Origin: Candidatus Cloacimonadales bacterium
GTDB lineage: Bacteria; Cloacimonadota; Cloacimonadia; Cloacimonadales; JAFGVF01
Direction: 5' to 3'
DNA: 64,000 nt
Assembly: GCA_963667035.1 (NCBI GenBank)
Contig: OY762964.1
Coordinates: 2,112,001-2,176,000, forward strand
The translations under genes were made by a program, and so were the position numbers. Within the stretch, counting starts at the first letter, position 1. Each line of letters starts with the position of its first letter. Of the stretch, positions 47,319 through 55,572 are shown in pieces. A model generated the notes under the pieces. The model worked only from the letters and a program-made list of their open reading frames with translations, was not told the DNA's origin and did no database searches.

Positions 47319-48656
47319 ATGCAATATGATATAGCAATTATCGGTGCAGGTCCCGGAGGATATGTTTCCGCTATTCGTGCCGGACAATTGGGACTGAAAA
47401 CTGTTATCATTGATAAAAAGTATGTAGGTGGAATGTGCCTTAACTGGGGCTGTATTCCAACAAAAGCGTTACTAGAAAGTGGTAAGCTTTACGATAAGAT
47501 AACAAGAGCGGAGCAATTCGGAATTAGTGGAATAGATCCTAAAACCGTTATATTCGATTGGGATAAGGCTCGAACTCGTGCCGGTTCAATAGTTAATAAA
47601 CTTACAAAGGGAATTGAGTATCTTTGGAAAAAGAATAATGTCGAATTCATTGAAGGTTCGGCAAAGATACTTAATGAACATGAAATTGAAGTAGAAAATA
47701 GAGTAATACAAGCTGAAAATATTATCATAGCTACAGGATCGAAACCTGCTAAGCTAGAGAATGTAGATCAAGCTTTAGTAATTGAATTGGAAACTCTACT
47801 CAGTGAACCTACCTTACCCGTAAAACCTCTTATAATAGGTGTTGGCCCGGTTGCTTTGGAAACTGCTGAGTTCTATAGATTGATTGGTGTTAAACCTACT
47901 CTACTGGTTCCCGGTGATGAACTACTACCGGGAGTAGACGAGTATGTGCAGAAGTATGTTACAAGAAAGCTTAAAAAAGCTAAAGTTAATCTTATCCTTG
48001 ATAAAGAGTTTAAGATTGAAGGTAACAATCTGATATCCGGTTCAAAAACAATTGAATTCGATAAGATAGTAAATGCAAGTTGGCGTAAAGCGATATTACC
48101 TGAATCAAACATAAATTTCGAAATGAATGAGGCTTTCTTGAAAACAGATGATGAACATCATACCTCCATATCAAACATCTTTGCTGTAGGTGATGTAAAC
48201 GGTAAGAGCTATCTTGCCCATGCAGCATCTGCTCAGGGATTGAAAGCCATCAATTCGATTAAAGGAGTAAAATCCGATAATGAGGATATTATTCCGATTA
48301 ATATCTACTCAGTACCTGAAATTGCTCAGGTAGGTAAAACCGAAGCTGAGTTGAAAGCTGATAATATTGATTATAAAGTTAGTGAGTTCTCCCTTAATGT
48401 AAACGGAAAGGCCTTAGCTTCCGGAGATGCCGAAGGATTTGTAAGAATCATTTCAGAGACTAAATATGGTGAAGTATTGGGTGTACAAATAGTTGCAGTT
48501 GATGCTACCGATATGATTAGTGAAGCAACAGCTCTCATGAAAATGGAAGGCACGGTATACGAACTGGCACAAACAATACATGCTCACCCAACAATTTCAG
48601 AAGCACTCATGGAAGCAGGTTATGACTGGCTGGGAGAGCCTATCCATAAAGCTTAA
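47319..48656 (+). CDS. lpdA: Dihydrolipoamide dehydrogenase E3
   Basis: GAGPGG, GGMCLNWGCIPTK and HAHPTISE motifs. Confidence 0.92.
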   Translation: MQYDIAIIGAGPGGYVSAIRAGQLGLKTVIIDKKYVGGMCLNWGCIPTKALLESGKLYDKITRAEQFGISGIDPKTVIFDWDKARTRAGSIVNKLTKGIEYLWKKNNVEFIEGSAKILNEHEIEVENRVIQAENIIIATGSKPAKLENVDQALVIELETLLSEPTLPVKPLIIGVGPVALETAEFYRLIGVKPTLLVPGDELLPGVDEYVQKYVTRKLKKAKVNLILDKEFKIEGNNLISGSKTIEFDKIVNASWRKAILPESNINFEMNEAFLKTDDEHHTSISNIFAVGDVNGKSYLAHAASAQGLKAINSIKGVKSDNEDIIPINIYSVPEIAQVGKTEAELKADNIDYKVSEFSLNVNGKALASGDAEGFVRIISETKYGEVLGVQIVAVDATDMISEATALMKMEGTVYELAQTIHAHPTISEALMEAGYDWLGEPIHKA

Positions 48657-48673
48657 ATATCAATAAAACAGAT

Positions 48674-48704
48674 AAAGGTCCTGTATAAACAGGGCCTTTT
48701 CTTT
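48674..48704 (+). terminator. Intrinsic terminator after lpdA
   Basis: AAAGGTCCTGT-ATAA-ACAGGGCCTTTT. Confidence 0.8.
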
Positions 48705-49024
48705 TGGGGATTTACTAGAAAGTTGATAGTAGTATAACTCATTCTCGATAAACTTCATGTTTGAAGAAAGTCAAAAGTAAAGCTAATAGAAACAATGTCT
48801 ATACTTGCTTATAACTTCTTATAATAAAAAAACTTTACAAAGTAATAGAAATGTTTAAAGAAACGATAAATTACATTTTCTGCATAATTATATTGTAACT
48901 TACACCCTGATTGTAGTATTATAAAATGAGGGTAGAGACAATTTGTTTAAAATCTTAATTGGAAAATGGTTGCCATTTAAGATACTAATAAAATAGTGGT
49001 ATAAAATTTACATGAGGTAATGTT

Positions 49025-49345
49025 ATGAATGATATAGAGAAAGGTCGAGATGCTTTAATCGAAGACGCAAAACCAATTGAACTGGAAATGGAGGACGGAA
49101 GAATCCTTAAAGTGACACCTATTGCCATGACTGAAATGAATGGGAAGCAGTACCTTGCAGTATTACCGGAAGACGAAGAAGAATTTTGGGTATATATCAG
49201 TGAAGATCATGGAGATACAATAGATTTGATTAGCATTGAGGATGAAGAGGAATTTAATCTGGTTTGTGAATATTTTGAAAACATGATTAATGATGCGTAT
49301 GACGAAGAAGAAGACGAATACGAAGACGAAGAAGATGATGAATAA
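49025..49345 (+). CDS. DUF1292-like acidic protein
   Basis: GKQYLAVLP...IEDEEEFNLV followed by an acidic tail. Confidence 0.7.
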   Translation: MNDIEKGRDALIEDAKPIELEMEDGRILKVTPIAMTEMNGKQYLAVLPEDEEEFWVYISEDHGDTIDLISIEDEEEFNLVCEYFENMINDAYDEEEDEYEDEEDDE

Positions 49346-49363
49346 TTATAAATAGGAGATAAA

Positions 49364-52291
49364 ATGACATTGGTAAAAGGAAAAACACTCCATGGTTTTA
49401 AATGCGAATGGGTGAAAGAAGTTCAAGAAGTTAATTCTACTGTATACTTCCTTATCCATGAGAAAACCAAAGCACAAGTATGCTATCTTAAAAATGATGA
49501 CCCTAACAAAGTATTCATGGTTGGATTCAAGACTCCTCCCGAAGACAGTTTTGGTACACCTCACATTCTTGAACATTCTGTACTTAACGGCTCAAAGAAT
49601 TTCCCTGCTAAAGATACTTTTACCGAACTGATTAAAGGTTCGATGAAGACATTCATTAATGCTTTCACAGCGTCTGATCATACAATGTATCCTATTGCAA
49701 GTACAAATGATAAAGATTTTGTCAACCTAATGACTGTTTATCTTGATGCTGTTTTTAATCCAATGATATACGATCGCCCTGAAATATTCTGGCAAGAAGG
49801 TTGGCACCATGAGCTTGAGAACATGGAAGCTCCTTTAACTTACAAAGGGGTTGTTTATAATGAAATGCTAGGTGCATTCAGTTCTCCCGAGTCAATATTA
49901 TACCGTTCTATCCAATCAACTCAGAATCCGGATAATGCTTATCAGCATGAGTCAGGAGGTGATCCTGAAGTTATTCCTGAACTCAGTTATGAGAAATTCC
50001 TTAATTTCCACAAGAAATACTACCACCCTGGCAACTCATATATCTATCTCTTCGGAGATATGAATATTGATGATACTCTTAAGATAATGAATGATCAGTA
50101 TCTTGCTAACTTTGAGTATCAGGAATTCCAAGTTGTTATTGATGAGCAGAAGCCATTTGAAAGTATTGTTGAGAAAGAACTTGTATATCCTGTCTCCAGA
50201 GATGAATCCACTGATAATAAAGACTACTTTGCTTTAACATACACAATTGGACATATTGAGGATGAAAAATTATCAATTGCAATGAATATTGTTACCGATA
50301 TTCTTATCAACTCTGATGCTGCCATTCTCAAGACAGCTCTCCTTGAAGCAGGAATCGGAAAAGATATTATGGGTTCCTATGATGATGGTATTCTTCAACC
50401 GGAACTTTCAATAATAGTTAAAAATACTTCAGCCGACAAAAAAGCTAAGTTCTTGGAGATTGTTGACAATACTCTTAGGAAGCTTGTTGAAGATGGTATC
50501 AATAAAGAGCTGATTGAAGCTTGTATAAACAAACGTGAGTTTATCTACCGTGAAGCAGACTTGAGAGGATTCCCTATAGGCTTATTCTATGCTCTCATGG
50601 CAACAAAAGGCTGGATGCATGGCTATAGTCCTCTGAAATATCTCGCATTTGATGAAGCTCTTCAAGATGTAAAGAAAGCTCTTACTGAGCCTTATCTTGA
50701 GAATATCATTAAAGAGTACATTCTTGCTAACGGTAACAAGAGTTTTATTCACATGAAACCGGAACAAGGTTTAGCAGATAAGAAAGCTGCTGATTTAACA
50801 AAGAAGCTTGCTGAAGTTAAAGCATCAATGAGTGAAAAAGAACTTAAGACAATAATAGAAAGAACCGAGAAGCTTAAGGTCCATCAGACCACTCCTGATA
50901 ATCCTGCTGATCTTGAGAAGATTCCTATGCTCTCACTTGAAGATTTAGATAGAAACTCTAAACCTCTTCCTATGGTAGAGAAAGAAATTTCAGGAATTAG
51001 AGTAATCGAGCATCCGACTTTCTCAAATGGCATAGTTTATCTTAACGGTTATTTTAATCTTGCTCGTCTTGACGAAGAAGAGATTCGCTACTTCAGTTTA
51101 TTGACTAATTTCCTTGGTAAACTTGACACTAAAGAAATGAGCTATGCAGATTTATCAAACCAAGTTAACATTCACACAGGTGGAATCTATACTGATGCTC
51201 AATTCATAAGAAATGTACAAGACCATAATTGCTTTAGTCATTGGGCTACTCTCAATGCAAAAGCAAGCAAGGATAAACTTCCTGAAATGCTCAAGCTTAT
51301 AAAAGCTATCTTGAAGGAAACTCTCTTCAACAATAAAGAAAGACTCTCACAACTCCTCATGGAATCTCAATCCAGAAAAGAGATGATTATGATGTCTTCA
51401 GGTCATGTAGTTGCTATCAGTAGAGCAGGAAGCTATATCAGTCCTCTTGGAAAGTTGCATGAGATGTATTCAGGTCTTGATTATTACAGATTTATCTGTA
51501 AAGTTGGAGCTGACTTTGAGAAAACTCCTGAAGTACTCATTGAGAAGATGCAAAGTCTTATGGCTAAGATATTCAATATTGAGAATCTTATTCTCAGTGT
51601 TACTTGTGATGAAGCAGATGTCAAAAACGTTGAAGCAATCCTTCCACAATTTATTGAAGCTCTTTACACGGATTCATTTCCGGTTCAGGAATTCAAATTT
51701 GAAGAAAACCTTAAGAACGAAGGATTAATGGCTCCAAGTAATGTTCAATACGCTGCTTTAGTAGGCAATGTTAAGAATAATGGATTCAAGTATCACGGTT
51801 CAGCAAAAGTGATGAGCAATGTTCTTAGAAACGAATATCTCTATAATCAGATTCGTGTTCAAGGCGGTGCATATGGTGCAATGTTTAATTACAGTATGGA
51901 CGGTCAAATGTACTTCTCATCTTACAGAGATCCAAACCTTGGAAGAACGTATGACGTATATAAAGGTGCCGGAGATTTCTTAAGAAACTTCAAATGCTCA
52001 GAAAGAGATTTGACCAAATATATCATAGGTGCTATCAGTCCATTGGATAATCCTGTGACTCCTGCCCAGATAAGTGATATTGTTATGCGTAGATTCCTTT
52101 CAGGAACTACTGATGAGATGATTCAGAAAGACAGAGAAGAAGTAATTGACACAAAACTCGAAGATATTAACAAACACGGTGACCTCATAGATTCTGTTGT
52201 TAAAGACAATGTAATCTGTGCATTTGGTAACGGTGCTAAGATTGAAGCAGAGAAAGATTTGTTTAATAATCTTGTGAATATCTTTGAATAA
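49364..52291 (+). CDS. M16C metalloprotease (presequence protease/insulinase family)
   Basis: Inverted zincin motif HILEH, NAFT, GVVYNEM, IRVQGGAYG and SYRDP. Confidence 0.93.
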   Translation: MTLVKGKTLHGFKCEWVKEVQEVNSTVYFLIHEKTKAQVCYLKNDDPNKVFMVGFKTPPEDSFGTPHILEHSVLNGSKNFPAKDTFTELIKGSMKTFINAFTASDHTMYPIASTNDKDFVNLMTVYLDAVFNPMIYDRPEIFWQEGWHHELENMEAPLTYKGVVYNEMLGAFSSPESILYRSIQSTQNPDNAYQHESGGDPEVIPELSYEKFLNFHKKYYHPGNSYIYLFGDMNIDDTLKIMNDQYLANFEYQEFQVVIDEQKPFESIVEKELVYPVSRDESTDNKDYFALTYTIGHIEDEKLSIAMNIVTDILINSDAAILKTALLEAGIGKDIMGSYDDGILQPELSIIVKNTSADKKAKFLEIVDNTLRKLVEDGINKELIEACINKREFIYREADLRGFPIGLFYALMATKGWMHGYSPLKYLAFDEALQDVKKALTEPYLENIIKEYILANGNKSFIHMKPEQGLADKKAADLTKKLAEVKASMSEKELKTIIERTEKLKVHQTTPDNPADLEKIPMLSLEDLDRNSKPLPMVEKEISGIRVIEHPTFSNGIVYLNGYFNLARLDEEEIRYFSLLTNFLGKLDTKEMSYADLSNQVNIHTGGIYTDAQFIRNVQDHNCFSHWATLNAKASKDKLPEMLKLIKAILKETLFNNKERLSQLLMESQSRKEMIMMSSGHVVAISRAGSYISPLGKLHEMYSGLDYYRFICKVGADFEKTPEVLIEKMQSLMAKIFNIENLILSVTCDEADVKNVEAILPQFIEALYTDSFPVQEFKFEENLKNEGLMAPSNVQYAALVGNVKNNGFKYHGSAKVMSNVLRNEYLYNQIRVQGGAYGAMFNYSMDGQMYFSSYRDPNLGRTYDVYKGAGDFLRNFKCSERDLTKYIIGAISPLDNPVTPAQISDIVMRRFLSGTTDEMIQKDREEVIDTKLEDINKHGDLIDSVVKDNVICAFGNGAKIEAEKDLFNNLVNIFE

Positions 52292-52304
52292 ATAAACTTA
52301 CTAT

Positions 52305-52333
52305 AAAGGCAAATCCGATCGGATTTGCCTTTT
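52305..52333 (+). terminator. Intrinsic terminator
   Basis: AAAGGCAAATCC-GATC-GGATTTGCCTTTT. Confidence 0.85.
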
Positions 52334-52360
52334 CTTCTATATACAAAGATTCTATTAGAA

Positions 52361-52942
52361 ATGCAATTTGCTTTAAAACCAATTCAAGAATGTCTCATAA
52401 ATCCTTATATAAGAACTCTATTACCTGCATTCAAACTCAATCAGATAGATAAATATAAGTTTAAAGAGCATAGAGATATGCACCTCAAAGCATGGTCTTT
52501 GTTACTAGAATTTTTGGAAATAAATAACTATCCGATAGACAACATAAAAAAAATGCATTGTAATCAATATGGTAAACCATATATTGATGGAATTTACTTC
52601 AGTATTTCGTATTCAAAACCTTATATACTTGTTGCTATTAGTAAGGAAGAAATTGGAGCCGATATTGAAGTAGTTAACGAATTATACCTCACAGATATAA
52701 AGCCTTTCTTACATCCTGATGAATTAGAAATAGTTGATAAAAGCACAACCACTGAAAAGTTATACAATATATGGGTGAAGAAAGAAGCTGTTCTCAAGCT
52801 CTTAGGTACAGGTTTTCAAAGAATTCCTTCCGAAATCAATGTGTTACAAAAGAACATTGCTATTGATAAAGAAGTCATTGTTTTACAATCAATCTCAAGT
52901 GATAGCAATCTCATTGCATATATTGCGAGATACACTTATTAG
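52361..52942 (+). CDS. Sfp-type 4'-phosphopantetheinyl transferase
   Basis: YGKPY, FSIS, IGADIE and WVKKEAVLK..G.G motifs. Start uncertain; the track start lies inside the terminator. Confidence 0.8.
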   Translation: MQFALKPIQECLINPYIRTLLPAFKLNQIDKYKFKEHRDMHLKAWSLLLEFLEINNYPIDNIKKMHCNQYGKPYIDGIYFSISYSKPYILVAISKEEIGADIEVVNELYLTDIKPFLHPDELEIVDKSTTTEKLYNIWVKKEAVLKLLGTGFQRIPSEINVLQKNIAIDKEVIVLQSISSDSNLIAYIARYTY

Positions 52943-53088
52943 TTCCCTCTTTAATTACCAAACATGATTTACTAAAGAGACTTACAAATAAAGACTTGTT
53001 TCTCTCTGTTATTGTAATAGAGTAATGATAGGTAGCTAATATGATATATCTTGACCCATACACAAAAGTTAATATGCTTGTAATAATT

Positions 53089-53480
53089 AAGGAGAGGGTG
53101 CAATATCTGCCTGGTGCAGGAGGAAAGTCCGAACACCGCAGAACAGGATACTTTCTAACGGAAAGTCTCGGTAACGGGAAGCTAGCTCCACAGAAACAAA
53201 CCGCCGGTTATAATCGGTAAGGGTGAAATGGTGGTGTAAGAGACCACCGGAGATTCAGGTGACTGAATCTGCCGGGAAAGCCTTATCCGGTGCAATGCCA
53301 AATAGGGGAGAAATTCGCTTGCGAATACGGGGTTGTTCGTCCCGTTGTACTCTCGGGTAGGCAGCTAGAGTCGGTCCCTTAAAAGGAGCTCATTTGAGCG
53401 TCGTGAGACCCGAATTAGATGAATAGATATTCCTGCTGTTTTTAGCAGCAGTACAGAATTCGGCTTATGACCTTCTCCTT
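53089..53480 (+). ncRNA. rnpB: RNase P RNA (type A-like)
   Basis: GAGGAAAGTCC, ACAGAAACAAACCGCC, GGTAAGGGTGAAATGGTGGTGTAAGAGACCACC and ACAGAATTCGGCTTAT. P1 formed by AAGGAGAGGGT / ACCTTCTCCTT. Promoter TTGACC...TATGCT upstream. Confidence 0.96.
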
Positions 53481-53523
53481 AGTTGTTTATATTATAATAC
53501 TTCGATTTCACTCAAGGGGAATT

Positions 53524-54336
53524 ATGAAAAAGATACTATATGTATTTCTGATTATTTTGACAATGTTCGGTTGTGCCGGAAACAAAAAATGCCATAAAAC
53601 AAGCTCTTCAAAACCGAGAAAGATTCTAACCGCAGACATACCGGTGTGGTTTTATGATATCCCTCAACATTCAACAACCGGAATAGGAATAGGCATTAAT
53701 GAACAAAATGCCAAAGAGAATGCAGCACGTCAAATAGCTCTATTTGAGAAAGGACATGTTGTTTGTAAGTTCTGTGAATATGACAATGAGAGAGATAAGC
53801 TAGGATTGCAACTAAAGAAAATGGAATTTAAATTCAGTGAGATTATTGATTCCACAAGACATCAAGAGATTTTAAATAGTCTCACTCTAGTAGATGGAGT
53901 TAACATACGAGGTGATTACATCGGATTATTCTCAAATAGTGAGTTTGAAGTTTCACCCGGCAATAGAACTGTAAGCGAGAATGATATTCCCGAATGGTAT
54001 GAAGACGGTCAGGAAGTAAAAGTAGACGGTAGCCTAATCTCCGGCTTTGGTAAGGGAAGTTCTCACACAATAGGTAGGGCTTTTGAAAAAGCTTACAATG
54101 ATGCCCTTTATAAATTTAGCAGATACATATCAACCAATGTTGAATCATACATCTATGAAAAGACAGATATTCAAATACGCAATGCTACAGCAATTGAATC
54201 AGATATAATCATTAAGAATGTAAATCTTGTTAAACTGTTTGTTATCCCTTCCTCAGACTCAGTGGGTTTACAGCAATACAAAGTGTTTTGTCAGATTAGT
54301 TGGGATCAACAACAAGAGATTATTGACCTAAAATAA
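53524..54336 (+). CDS. Lipoprotein with two LPP20-like repeats
   Basis: Lipobox MFGC and repeated IPxW...G.G...A...A segments. Real start is ATG 53524; the track start lies inside rnpB. Confidence 0.65.
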   Translation: MKKILYVFLIILTMFGCAGNKKCHKTSSSKPRKILTADIPVWFYDIPQHSTTGIGIGINEQNAKENAARQIALFEKGHVVCKFCEYDNERDKLGLQLKKMEFKFSEIIDSTRHQEILNSLTLVDGVNIRGDYIGLFSNSEFEVSPGNRTVSENDIPEWYEDGQEVKVDGSLISGFGKGSSHTIGRAFEKAYNDALYKFSRYISTNVESYIYEKTDIQIRNATAIESDIIIKNVNLVKLFVIPSSDSVGLQQYKVFCQISWDQQQEIIDLK

Positions 54337-54337
54337 T

Positions 54338-54742
54338 CTAGTCCTTCAAAGTTTTTAGAATAGCCCTCGGAATACTATATTGCACGAAGGCTATATTTTT
54401 ATCCGTACTTTCATCATAGTACAATTCCGAGTTAGTTCTTATCAGTTTGGAAACTATGAATTTTGAGGAATAGCTTTCCTCTGCCACTTCATCATTCAGA
54501 TAATCAATTAAAGCTTGCTTAGCTCTATTCCCGGCTCTAAACAAAGCAATATCTTCTGATTCTGCGGATGAGCTCCCGTAGAAATACATTGAGTTATCCG
54601 CTTCTGCTTGATACTCCCACCAGGAAGGAGTAACTTGTTGTTGATTAGTTATGCTTGATTTATTCCCTATATTAAACCCGATTACAAAGCTTATAAGCAT
54701 CAATATGAAAACAACAAGATAGTTGAATAATCTGTTAGCCAC
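54338..54742 (-). CDS. Membrane-anchored LPP20-like protein
   Basis: N-terminal TM helix, PSWW...MYFYGSS. Similar to the upstream lipoprotein. GGAGG RBS. Confidence 0.6.
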   Translation of the reverse strand: MANRLFNYLVVFILMLISFVIGFNIGNKSSITNQQQVTPSWWEYQAEADNSMYFYGSSSAESEDIALFRAGNRAKQALIDYLNDEVAEESYSSKFIVSKLIRTNSELYYDESTDKNIAFVQYSIPRAILKTLKD

Positions 54743-54762
54743 TTACATTCCTCCTTTAAATA

Positions 54763-54790
54763 GAAAAGCCCTTTCCGGTCGGAAAGGGCC
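54763..54790 (-). terminator. Intrinsic terminator after the 54815-55381 lipoprotein
   Basis: GCCCTTTCC / GGAAAGGGC stem with a U-run on the minus strand. Confidence 0.75.
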
Positions 54791-54814
54791 TGGATTGTTA
54801 TCCGACTCTAAAAT

Positions 54815-55381
54815 TTATTTTCCTGAAAGTTCAGCTTCAAGTTTTTGGAAAGCTTGTGTAGCTTTGAACTCATTATACATAGCTTCTTCGTTATGCATAG
54901 CATCAGACATTTCCTGATTTACTGTATCTTTCGGAATAGCTAACTGAGCAAAAACTTTAAAACGTTCTTGTCCATTTACATCAACAGCTATAACTTCTGA
55001 TTTAGTAGGAATTGCATTAGAGAATTTAGCTTCTGAAACAACCTTTGTTACTCTTTCTGTAAATTCTAAGACACGAGGATTATCATGACCTGATTCCTGG
55101 ATGAAATCACTCATCATATCTTTAACATAAGCTTTAACATACTGAGCTGCATTACTGAAAGCTTCAGTTTTAGCAGATGAACGAGCTGTTTTTTCGCTTA
55201 CTTTAGTTGCTGAACCGTAGAAATAAAGGTATTCAGCACCCGGGTCTTGTGATTCCCACCAATCAGGAGAATACACTTTCTTAACACTGCTTTTTTCAAC
55301 AGTACCCTTAGCTCCACCACACCCTACTAGCATTAAAGCTAATAAGATAAGACCAATTAATAGAATTTTAGTTCCTTTCAT
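54815..55381 (-). CDS. LPP20-like lipoprotein
   Basis: Lipobox LVGC, PDWW...LYFYGSA and C-terminal EFKATQAFQKLE. Confidence 0.7.
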   Translation of the reverse strand: MKGTKILLIGLILLALMLVGCGGAKGTVEKSSVKKVYSPDWWESQDPGAEYLYFYGSATKVSEKTARSSAKTEAFSNAAQYVKAYVKDMMSDFIQESGHDNPRVLEFTERVTKVVSEAKFSNAIPTKSEVIAVDVNGQERFKVFAQLAIPKDTVNQEMSDAMHNEEAMYNEFKATQAFQKLEAELSGK

Positions 55382-55519
55382 TATTTATCCTCCTCTTTGA
55401 GTTTCGAATAACAATACTCAATAAAAGTGACTTTTACAAAAGTTGTCAATCAAAATATTGAGCTCAAGTCCCGCTCCTAAAGCGGTTTCTTTTTTAAACT
55501 TTTTTTAGACAGTAATAAC

Positions 55520-55552
55520 AAAAAAAGAGCGGAGACATAACATCTCCGCTTT
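55520..55552 (-). terminator. Intrinsic terminator
   Basis: AGCGGAGA / TCTCCGCT stem with an A-run on the left. Confidence 0.75.
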
Positions 55553-55572
55553 ATATTTCTTTCGATTGATTA

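Noticed and set aside
53467..53523. N-terminal extension of the ORF starting at 53467
   Set aside because: That ATG lies within rnpB; the RBS and signal peptide indicate 53524.
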